Shown: one piece after another, positions 20,301 to 28,303 of the stretch | How positions within the stretch are numbered: the first letter of the stretch is position 1 | Layout of the letters: each line of letters begins with the position of its first letter | Source of the DNA: Halocafeteria seosinensis | Taxonomy: Eukaryota | Length of the DNA: 32,785 nucleotides | Direction of reading: 5' to 3' | Assembly: GCA_001687465.1 (NCBI GenBank) | Contig: LVLI01000129.1 | Location: 1 to 32,785, forward strand | Program-made: the position numbers and the translations under genes | The notes under the pieces: generated by a model | Told to the model about the DNA's origin: nothing | What the model saw: only the letters and a program-made list of their open reading frames with translations | Database searches by the model: none

Positions 20301-21456
20301 TAGTATGGCTAACGCTCTGGATATGAATTCTAAACAAATTAATAATTTAAGTGATCCCACTAGTGCTCAAGACGCTGTTTCCAGAAATTATTTAGAAGCT
20401 GGTAATATGGCTAATGCTCTGGATATGAATTCCAAACAAATTAATAACCTTGGTGAACCTGTTCAAAGTGGGGATGCTGTGACTAAGAACTACACAGATG
20501 CTTTAGCTGGTATACCTCAACTTCGTCGTTCAGCTAGAGCTTATTATAGTTTTGAAGGTAACTATGAAGATTCCATTGGAACATATAATGGAACAGCAAA
20601 CGGTAATATCACTATTTCTAGTGGTGGAAAAATTGGGGATTCCCTAGAGTTTGATGGCACGACGTCATATGTCTCCCTCCCGTCATCAGCCTTGGACGTG
20701 GGCGGAAGTGACTTTTCATTTAGTTTTTGGGTTTATGTGAAGCATAAAAATTCAGGGCAAATAATCATGGTCAGTCAAGTTGATTCAAGCAATAGATTGC
20801 TGATTACGCAAGAAAATGGGGACTATATCCGAATATATACTGAATCGGGGGGGACGTCAAAGGAAGTCCAATCATCAACATTGTCAGATAATACATGGTA
20901 TCATTTTACTATTATTGGACAAGGTACAACAGGAACAATTTATTTGAATGGTACACAAAACTCATCAGGATCAATATTCAATGATGCTACAATGACCGGA
21001 TCTACATCAACAATTAGCAACGATTTAGGAAACCCAATAGTAAACGGTTACCGAATTGATGAATTTGGCGTTTGGAATCGTGTCCTGTCCCTTGAAGAAA
21101 TCAAATACTTATACAATAATGGAGCAGGAACAAACGACTTCCAAAGTTTTGATTGGTATTCAAGACCCACACAATCAGCTGTAGATATGAATTCTAATCT
21201 AATTAATAAGCTTGCTGAACCCGTCCAAAGTAATGATGCTGTAGAATACGTTGATCTTGATTTAGCTATGGATTTCGGGACAAGCGATTTTTCCGTACAA
21301 TGTTGGTTTCTCCCTACCTACACGCCTTCCTCTTCTAGTGATAATATTTTATCATCCGATGCCGACACCGGCAGTCAATTATTTTCTCTAGCCTATGATT
21401 CTAACAATAAGTTTTTGGTCTTTACACGAAATGGAGGAACTCCAAGAGAAAATTAG
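17320..21456 (+). CDS. Giant fibre/receptor-binding protein copy 1 (pectin-lyase-like beta-helix, LamG domains, trimeric stalk repeats), C-terminally truncated
   Basis: ADFVCDGTADQDEINQAI start, parallel beta-helix repeats, LamG motifs (FTISFW, IDEFGVWNRVLS), 34-aa repeats; stops at the foldback element within a LamG domain. Confidence 0.85.
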   Translation: MSVSQIINQSNNKIYKHLIPTKHSSHVSNITVSASNAPTGIKNSADFVCDGTADQDEINQAIQSANDGDRILLSQGEFVIDDQIQINTSVSFLGVNREDTTIKVDDNATSDNHWLAVTANGLLIQDMTLDGNNGNRGVDNINDILLRFQGVNFSTIQRLRLLSTSSYEIYVENCRHLLLTQLYVDNTDSQKGSAVYFKSLNATSNVSLTHCYFDMLNRTCIETDSVNSLSIDNCEVHNGNRPVSCSPSDSNVRISNCLFDGCTNIHYSGNRGVFSNNQFIGTNGAITIFNNEGTGNENYINGLYSENDQSVVGVIHIDGGSHNSVSDIEIINPNHTAIVVDKDNGSGFPSVVDVNSVKVDETDNSALGIKNLTTGSFSDIILTSASSATAVSTQNSSRLRFDGFQLEDINKGFNVDSTTNSWFGDIDITNCTQGGFDIQNSSTGNQFANIKIDGALRGFFLTNTANDNTFSQISMYSCTQNCIQNSGTENNFSGLFCYNTGSGTPTDNRGVIEDQANGSNTWRNISILQISSSYDFKPQGANGFFLGSNNSTLENIYIDADVTESFDRSETQGVQAPLLSGIYITANQDCNIFGAKIYRCLEFGVQVGLATKNLNLESSVFQANTNNANEAVGLYLNGNGTPIENMIIKSCVSQSNDKQFKVDGNNADYDVSGSTGIQQPSESVLSSLRHGARAHYNFSGSNPHNDKIGTYDATLGSQSLVSGKIGQGIQNASGSDYVLNGGGSRISGGLISDPFTISFWYQTPDVSSSAIVYVTGLTGDAFRLSQNNDKLSLASSNGSDDTASFLETGVFYLLTVTYNGSDARLYVNGEFKISHSFSSYESAGGAFLNSILNWIVDEVLTFERAISNGEINMIYNGGSGTQAHIQHDWHTRPAQSNVHMKGNRITNLADPTSTQDAVSRNYLEAGIMVNDIDMNSNHIHNLTDPNSASDAVSRNYLEAGNMANALDMNSKQINNLSDPTNAQDAVSRNYLEAGSMANALDMNSKQINNLSDPTSAQDAVSRNYLEAGNMANALDMNSKQINNLGEPVQSGDAVTKNYTDALAGIPQLRRSARAYYSFEGNYEDSIGTYNGTANGNITISSGGKIGDSLEFDGTTSYVSLPSSALDVGGSDFSFSFWVYVKHKNSGQIIMVSQVDSSNRLLITQENGDYIRIYTESGGTSKEVQSSTLSDNTWYHFTIIGQGTTGTIYLNGTQNSSGSIFNDATMTGSTSTISNDLGNPIVNGYRIDEFGVWNRVLSLEEIKYLYNNGAGTNDFQSFDWYSRPTQSAVDMNSNLINKLAEPVQSNDAVEYVDLDLAMDFGTSDFSVQCWFLPTYTPSSSSDNILSSDADTGSQLFSLAYDSNNKFLVFTRNGGTPREN
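20017..20500 (+). repeat. Coding tandem repeat, 102-bp unit, about 5 copies
   Basis: MNSKQINNLSDPTSAQDAVSRNYLEAGNMANALD units. Confidence 0.9.
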
Positions 21457-21662
21457 AGAGAAATTCCCATACACCGATACATCACAATATAATGGGGGGA
21501 TATTTCCTTAAATTTATGTTAGGGACTTAAACCCTAAATACACAGGGAAACTACTACCTAAAGGTAGTAGTCCTATATATCAGGGGCTTAATCCTTAACA
21601 ATAAAATTAAGGGAATTATCCTCCACCATACTGGGATGTATCCGTGTATGGGAATTTCTCTC
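21456..21662. mobile_element. Foldback/MITE-like element B, 207-bp imperfect palindrome
   Basis: Outer 28 bp GAGAGAAATTCCCATACAC(C/G)GATACATC are inverted with one mismatch; centre CTACTACCT-AA-AGGTAGTAG; homologous to 9767-10201. Confidence 0.75.
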
Positions 21663-21840
21663 AAAAGTTAATCTAATTTTCACTTTTATTAAGTTCAAAT
21701 TACACTCAAAATTTCATCTTCAAATTTTTGTAGCTTTCAATGACCGCAGATCCGTCATTGAGCGACTCATCAATACGAGTCCTATTCTTATTATTATATT
21801 TTCTCTAAATAGAAATTTTTATAATTAGTTTANANTAATT

Positions 21841-22152
21841 TTATTTAAATAGAAAGTTGTAGTCATCGTCGTACACATAACCGGTTTCCAAATCATAAAT
21901 TTTACAATTTTTATGAACTTCTTTAATTTTCCAATTGTATTTAGGAAGGTCAAGATTAGAAAGAAATTCAATATTAGAATTCATATTATAACTAACGTAT
22001 CTTTTATATACGTTCCAGTCTTTACCCATTTCTTTTATTACAACCATTGGATACTTTTTTCCATATCGTTGAACTATAAGAAAATAAAACCAATTACCAT
22101 TTGTTAACTGTCCTGCTAGAAAAGCACCTTTATCAAGACTTATACCTGCCAT
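21841..22152 (-). CDS. Hypothetical viral protein (start MAGISL)
   Basis: ATG about 30 nt downstream of an AAAATTGA motif. Confidence 0.55.
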   Translation of the reverse strand: MAGISLDKGAFLAGQLTNGNWFYFLIVQRYGKKYPMVVIKEMGKDWNVYKRYVSYNMNSNIEFLSNLDLPKYNWKIKEVHKNCKIYDLETGYVYDDDYNFLFK

Positions 22153-22181
22153 TTTATTTATATAATATTTAAAATTTAAAA

Positions 22182-22189
22182 TCAATTTT
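22182..22189 (-). promoter_or_regulatory. NCLDV-type early promoter AAAATTGA
   Basis: Exact motif about 30 nt upstream of the ATG at 22152. Confidence 0.6.
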
Positions 22190-22577
22190 TTGTTTCTATA
22201 TGTTTAAGGGTAATAACAAGTGATGGTGTATTTTGTCGGACATAATCCATAGGTAAACTATCCACTTTATTAAGGAAAGGACCCCTTTCACAGTTAGCAC
22301 CTAAGGAATTAACGTAATTTTCAGCATTTAAGTAATCAACATGAAGAAGGGAAGGGGGGTTATCACAAAAATTCAGGGTGATTTTCTCTATGTTATCATC
22401 AGGAATATTAAAGTCATTTGTTAAGGTTCTATTGGGGAGAATACCTTCATAGTCAATACTATGTAAATAGTTTAAATCTTTGGAACAGGATAATTTTTTT
22501 ACACCACAGGAGGTTAGATATAAAGTTGCGTTGATGAGTTGTTTTTGTTGTTGTTCAGTTATAGTGTTTTCTATCAT
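22182..22577 (-). CDS. Hypothetical viral protein (131 aa)
   Basis: ATG-initiated ORF downstream of AAAATTGA. Confidence 0.6.
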   Translation of the reverse strand: MIENTITEQQQKQLINATLYLTSCGVKKLSCSKDLNYLHSIDYEGILPNRTLTNDFNIPDDNIEKITLNFCDNPPSLLHVDYLNAENYVNSLGANCERGPFLNKVDSLPMDYVRQNTPSLVITLKHIETKN

Positions 22578-22614
22578 TTTCTTGGTAAATTTTATAATTT
22601 TAAAATTTAAAAAA

Positions 22615-22653
22615 TCAATTTTTTGTTACCGGTAAAAATAAAGTAAAAATTGA
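22615..22653. promoter_or_regulatory. Divergent pair of NCLDV-type early promoters
   Basis: AAAATTGA on the minus strand (22615-22622) and the plus strand (22646-22653), each about 38 nt from its ATG (22577, 22691). Confidence 0.68.
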
Positions 22654-22690
22654 AATTTTATTTTATAAACCTATAAACAATATAACACAA

Positions 22691-23158
22691 ATGGGAAAAG
22701 TAAAAGAACAAGTTATGGAACAAGAACAGAATGAGAATTATCAATGGTTAAAAGAACAATGGGGTTATGCGTATAAAAAAGCAAGGAAAATATTTGAACA
22801 AGGTGAAGATAAAGATCAGTTTTATTTGGATGACCGGTTTTATACAGAAGAAGAGAAAAAGAACTTTTTTGAGGATATAGAATTATTTGATTATCCAGTT
22901 TGGGAATATTTCGCAGATAGAACCATATATGGGTATTTAAGTGTTGATAAATACATTTTTTGCGATAGTGATAGTGAGTACATAAAATTGGTAATTAATA
23001 TAATGAAACAAAGGTACTTGGTAAGAATGAAACGAAACGCTCCTACAGGAATATCAAGAAGAAAAATAATAACTTATGCTTTTAGCCCTGAACAAGCTAA
23101 GCACTTCGCAAAGCAAAGGCTAAAAGGTTTTAGCGTAGTCAGTGTAAAAAAGGACTAA
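22691..23158 (+). CDS. Hypothetical viral protein (155 aa)
   Basis: ATG ORF with an early promoter motif; convergent overlap with the protease stop. Confidence 0.6.
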   Translation: MGKVKEQVMEQEQNENYQWLKEQWGYAYKKARKIFEQGEDKDQFYLDDRFYTEEEKKNFFEDIELFDYPVWEYFADRTIYGYLSVDKYIFCDSDSEYIKLVINIMKQRYLVRMKRNAPTGISRRKIITYAFSPEQAKHFAKQRLKGFSVVSVKKD

Positions 23159-23706
23159 TCAATATCTCTAGTTAACCAACTAACTGTCTGATCAAAAGTC
23201 TTCAAACCAAACTCATCCCGTTTTTTCTTCAAAAAATTAATAAAACCCCTTAAGGTTAAATGTTTCTTACGCCAACGTAAGACCACATATCTCCCACACG
23301 TTTCCGAGTCGTTTTTAAACAACTGGAGTTGTTGGTCATTATAATATATTGGCTTTGGATTTTTAGACTTACTAACACTTTGTAAAATTCTAGGACTTTG
23401 TCCTAACTTTTGATTTTTTTTCTTTGTGTTTCCGCTTAAGGGTTCATCGGGATAATCCCCATAACTATCAAAATAAGATATATATTTACCGTGATCTAAT
23501 AGAATACACCAATGACCATATGATTTTTCAAATAAGTAGAGGATAATAACCGCTTTGGATGGGTTATTTAAAATATCATAGATTGTTTTGTGTTTAGGGA
23601 TTTCATTAAAAGATATAATAGGAATTTTTAACTTAGTAGCAGTTTGTAATTTTCGGGATGATAATGCTTGATGTTTTAGTTCATTTATTAATTTGCGATT
23701 GACCAT
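23155..23706 (-). CDS. Virion maturation cysteine protease (adenain/Ulp1-like, virophage type)
   Basis: YGHWCIL (His), YFDSYG (Asp), QLQ (oxyanion Gln) and TCGRY (Cys). Confidence 0.9.
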   Translation of the reverse strand: MVNRKLINELKHQALSSRKLQTATKLKIPIISFNEIPKHKTIYDILNNPSKAVIILYLFEKSYGHWCILLDHGKYISYFDSYGDYPDEPLSGNTKKKNQKLGQSPRILQSVSKSKNPKPIYYNDQQLQLFKNDSETCGRYVVLRWRKKHLTLRGFINFLKKKRDEFGLKTFDQTVSWLTRDID

Positions 23707-23735
23707 TTAAATCTCTTATATTTAGAGATTTAAAA

Positions 23736-23888
23736 TTATTGTTCTGTTCTAACATTAGTTTTACACTCCGAGTTTTCTCCACATTTACTTTGACAAAAGT
23801 ATCTTTTACGGATCAACTTGTAAATAATAGGTGAAATTCCAGCACCACCTCCAATTACTGTTGTAAGTATAATTGTGAGTAATTCCAT
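23736..23888 (-). CDS. Small membrane protein (50 aa), absent from the ORF track
   Basis: MELLTIILTTVIGGGAGISPIIYKLIRKRYFCQSKCGENSECKTNVRTEQ; TATAGA before the ATG; fills the gap in a co-oriented gene run. Confidence 0.6.
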   Translation of the reverse strand: MELLTIILTTVIGGGAGISPIIYKLIRKRYFCQSKCGENSECKTNVRTEQ

Positions 23889-23915
23889 TCTATAATTAAG
23901 CTCAGATTTTAATTT

Positions 23916-25430
23916 TCACTTCAACTTTTGAATAACTTTCTTGTGTTGAAGTGGAGGACCATAAGTAGATTTTTTTGTACCTAATTTTCCACATGCTCCA
24001 CCTTTTTTCTTACCTTTCTTACCCTTTTTACTTTGTTTCTTTTGCTTTTGTTTTCGTTCTTTTTCTTGTTCTTTACGAATTTGTTTCTTTTCTTCCTCGG
24101 TGGCTAACATTAAATCGTCAGGATCACCTTGGAAAGTTTTTGTCCCATGTTTAGGTTTAGCACCTTTTTTATTAAGGTTTTTGAAAAAGTTGATAGTATC
24201 TTTGATATTTTTTACAGGACCTCCTCCTTTTTTACCAGCTCCTGTAGATTGATTATCAGCGAATCGTTTTATATCCCTAATTATTTCTCCTTTCCTTTGA
24301 TTGGGTTTAACACTTAGATTACCTCTGGAAATTAAATTCTTTAACATAGGTATAGTAATTTTAACACCCATTTCTTCTTGAATCTCTTGTGCGGTTTTTT
24401 CTCTCCAAGCACTTAAATCATCAGGGTTTAAATATTTATTAGAAAGGGTTCCCCGTGTAGTTACTTCAGGGGAAGTAGCTGTGGCTTCTGCTCCTTCAGC
24501 GGAAGTAGCTGTGGATTCTGTCCCAATCTCACCGCCACTTAAAGCATTGGTAATATTTTGTAATTTAGCGTTTGAAAGTTTAGATTTATTTTCTTGAGTG
24601 TTAACCATAGATTTTAGTTGATTAGAATTAGCTTCGATTAATTGATCGTAATAAACTTCCAAAGCAGGTTCTGGTTTTTCAACATTGATAGTATTTCTAA
24701 GTTTAAAGAGGTAAAGATAGATAATTATAAGCAAACGAAATTTAGTTCTATTAGCTTTTATAGTGGCTGGTTTAACAGTGGATAAAATGGTTTCAATCTT
24801 AGAAATTAAATTTTTGAGTTGGTCTGATTTAAGTTTTTGACCATTTTGCTGGAGCATAGTTAAAACCTTTTGAATAGATTCAATTTTAATTTCATCCACT
24901 TTGGGAACAGTACCTTGAACAGCTAAAACCCATTCTGAAAGTAAGTTTTGGATTTGGAGAATTTCGCCTCTAGCTTCAGTTAAGGGCATACTTTTGGGAT
25001 TGGGGATGGCTGTTTCACCACTTTCTTCACCTTGTTCAAAGTTTTGAGCATTTCTTTTTTTTAACCTTAAAAGTTCTTGCTGAAGATTTGGGTTTTGGCT
25101 ATTACCCCCTCCTTTTTTATCCAGAGAAAGCCCATTTGAATGATTGTTATAGAAGCGACCTTCAATACTACTAGCGATAACACTATTATGTGGGGCATTA
25201 TCTAAACGTCTTTTGGTATCAATTCTGTTTCTAGCTAAATCATAAGCTTCTTGATTAAGGGGATGGGAAAGATTAGCATGATATCCTTTAGGTTTTTGAG
25301 CAAAATTATCATTTCTACCCAGAAACTTATATTCAGCCCAACCTCGCGTATTTTTTCCATAGTCTAATCTTGGAGGATGAGGTTGAATCATCAAATCTCT
25401 GTCCATCTGGTTTGTGCGGGCGATCGTCAT
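23916..25430 (-). CDS. Large hypothetical viral protein (504 aa) with basic C-terminus, putative core protein
   Basis: Long ORF between fibre and protease; Lys-rich tail and several KKGG sites. Confidence 0.7.
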   Translation of the reverse strand: MTIARTNQMDRDLMIQPHPPRLDYGKNTRGWAEYKFLGRNDNFAQKPKGYHANLSHPLNQEAYDLARNRIDTKRRLDNAPHNSVIASSIEGRFYNNHSNGLSLDKKGGGNSQNPNLQQELLRLKKRNAQNFEQGEESGETAIPNPKSMPLTEARGEILQIQNLLSEWVLAVQGTVPKVDEIKIESIQKVLTMLQQNGQKLKSDQLKNLISKIETILSTVKPATIKANRTKFRLLIIIYLYLFKLRNTINVEKPEPALEVYYDQLIEANSNQLKSMVNTQENKSKLSNAKLQNITNALSGGEIGTESTATSAEGAEATATSPEVTTRGTLSNKYLNPDDLSAWREKTAQEIQEEMGVKITIPMLKNLISRGNLSVKPNQRKGEIIRDIKRFADNQSTGAGKKGGGPVKNIKDTINFFKNLNKKGAKPKHGTKTFQGDPDDLMLATEEEKKQIRKEQEKERKQKQKKQSKKGKKGKKKGGACGKLGTKKSTYGPPLQHKKVIQKLK

Positions 25431-26515
25431 TATCCTATATAATTACTTTTGAAAAAAGTAATATCAAAAAGATATCAATTAGAACAAGTTCAGGATACGA
25501 ACCGATGCTAATGATCCGGACCGGTTTTCAATGTCAATTTCACTATTACTACTATCTGCTGAAATGGTTATGTTTCCATCAGTTCCTGTAGTTCCACTTA
25601 GATTACCCGTTGTAGTATTGAAGAGTGAACCAAATTGAGAAATACTTTGAATAGATCCATTGGCTACATCATAGAAAATCATAATAACATCCGTACTGGA
25701 TCGAGCCAGAAAGACACCTTGATTGTTAATCGGTGAATGAGATTTAACACTATCGTCACTAATACTTAATGTATTAGTAGTAACCCCAGCTACTCCAACA
25801 ACTTCATTATCATTCATATCCACAGCACTTTGAGCGGGTCTACTATACCAGTCAAAAGACTGGAAGTCGTTGGTACCCGCTCCATTATTGTAAAGATATT
25901 TGATTTCTTCAGAACTGAGGACACGATCCCAAACAGCAACTTCGTCAATCAACCCATCAGGGTTGTTACTTCCATCCACTCCTAAAATGGATTCACCACC
26001 TGTTAAATCACTACCACTTATTGACCCATTCGCAACTTGAGACCCATCCACGTAAACAGTTCCTGTTGTTCCATTACGTGTCACTATGATATGATGCCAT
26101 GTGTTGTTTGACAGACTGCCACCTGTAACTGAAGAAGATGTTCCACTATCATCTGTTCTAAGATTAAGATCCGCACCATCGTAAAAAACGACAATTCGGT
26201 TACTTGTATCCCCATCAACCAAACGAGAATCCAGAAAGTTTTGTGTTTTCGTATTATCATCCGTATTAAACCAGAACGCCCATGTCAGATCTCCCGAACC
26301 AGGTCTAACGCCCCCGCTCCTAAATCCAAATAATCATTATCTGTATCAGTAAATTCAATGGCATTACCAATTTTACCTGTTGCTTGAGATATTGATCCAC
26401 TTCCTTTTTCTGTAGCATCAAAAGTACCAATACTGTCATTATAGAGATTGTTACTATCGTCAAAACTATAATACACCCGTGCTCCACGCCGAAGTTGCGG
26501 AATTCCCGATAAAGC

Positions 26516-27240
26516 ATCCGTATAATTCTTGGTCACAGCATCTCCACTTTGAGTAGGTTCAGCAAGATTAGTAATTTGATTAGAACCAGCATCCATATCT
26601 GTATCATTTAAAGTGATGCTGTTGCCGGTTGAGAATGACAACGTACCATCCATTGTATTTTGTCCGTCTCGTCTCAAGAATCTAGAATCACCGTCATTTC
26701 TATTAATAGCATCAGTTCCGCTTGTAGCTGAGGATAAGTTATTAATTTGTTTAGAATTCATATCCAGAGCATTAGCCATATTGCCGGCTTCTAAATAATT
26801 ACGTGTTACAGAATCTTGAGCACTAGTGGGGTCAGAAAGATTATTAATTTGTTTACTGTTCATATCTAAAGCGTTAGCCATGTTACCAGCTTCTAAGTAA
26901 TTTCTTGAAACAGCGTCTTGAGCTGAAGTTGGATCAGACAAATTATTGATTTGATTTGAACCAGCGTTCATGTCAGTATCATTTAATGTAATACTGTTAC
27001 CCGTTGAGAAAGATAAAGTACCGTCCATAGTGTTGTTACCATCTCTTCGGAGAAATCTAGCATCACCATCATTTCGGTTAATGGCATCAGTTCCAGAACT
27101 GGCTGAGGATAAGTTATTGATTTGTTTAGAATTCATATCTAGAGCATTAGCCATATTGCCAGCTTCTAGGTAATTACGAGAAACAGCATCTTGGGCTGAA
27201 GTGGGGTCAGAGAGATTATTAATTAGATTAGAATTCATAT
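26516..27240 (-). repeat. Coding repeat array of stalk units, including two copies of a longer FLRRDG..TMDGTL variant
   Basis: Repeated INNLSDPTSAQD and INNLSSA.SGTDAINRNDGD.RFLRRDG units. Confidence 0.85.
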
Positions 27241-27921
27241 TTACAGCTGATTGTGCGGGTCTTGAATACCAATCAAAGCTTTGGAAGTCGTTTGTTCCTG
27301 CTCCATTATTGTAAAGATATTTGATTTCTTCAATTGACAAAACACGATCCCAACAAGCCACTTCATCCAGCTCTCCACTGTTCGCACTGGAATCTCCTAA
27401 GTTACGTCCCAACGAACTTGTATCCGATCCGGATGAAATGCTCCCGCTACTTAATGAGGAGTCTAGATCTAGAACGGTATCAATATAAAGTTTCCAATCC
27501 GACCCTGTTCTTGTTAAAAGCACATGATGGTACGTGTTGAGGGATAAGGTTGAAGAATTATTGGATGCCGATGTGTTTCCGCTTGTTCTCGTGCTTATTA
27601 CCAGTACATCGTTTTTCATCTTTAATTCAAACTTATCTCCATTAGCATCCTTCGCCGAGGTATAAAGGAACTGATCTGACGGTGAATCAGTGGTGGGATA
27701 AAACCAACAGGAAATAGTCAAATCACCTGAGCCAAAAGACATCGCATCACCGATATCCACATGATCCGACGCCGTGAAAGCAATGGCTTGTCCAATCTTA
27801 CCGGACACAATACTTGTTCCATTATTTGTCCCATCATGCGTCCCGATAGAATCTTCATAGTTACCTTCAAAACTATAATAAGCTCTAGCACCCCTTCTTA
27901 ATTGCGGAATTCCCGATAGAG

Positions 27922-28303
27922 CATCTGTATAATTCTTGGTTACAGCATCACCACTTTGAACGGGTTCACCAAGGTTATTAATTTGTTTGGAATTCATATC
28001 CAGAGCATTAGCCATACTACCAGCTTCTAAATAATTTCTGGAAACAGCGTCTTGAGCACTAGTGGGATCACTTAAGTTATTGATTTGTTTAGAATTCATA
28101 TCCAGAGCATTAGCCATAATACCAGCTTCTAAATAATTACGCGTTACAGAATCTTGAGCACTAGTGGGGTCAGAAAGATTATTAATTTCTTTAGAATTCA
28201 TATCTAGAGCATTAGCCATAATACCACCTTCTAAATAATTACGTGTTACAGAATCCTGAGCACTAGAGGGGTCACCAAGGTTAGTGATACGGTTACTTTT
28301 CAT
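27922..28303 (-). repeat. Coding tandem repeat, 102-bp unit, about 4 copies
   Basis: Same unit as 20017-20500, inverted. Confidence 0.9.

Noticed and set aside
20017..20500. 102-bp tandem repeats as CRISPR or satellite DNA
   Set aside because: They are in-frame coding repeats with mostly synonymous variation inside the fibre ORF.
21447..21671. TSD around foldback B (GAAAATTA versus AAAAGTTA)
   Set aside because: Only 6 of 8 match in very AT-rich DNA, and the fibre ORF does not resume on the other side.
23916..25430. 504-aa ORF as the major capsid protein
   Set aside because: Appears helical, low-complexity and Lys-rich, unlike a beta-rich double jelly-roll; no capsid motifs recognised.
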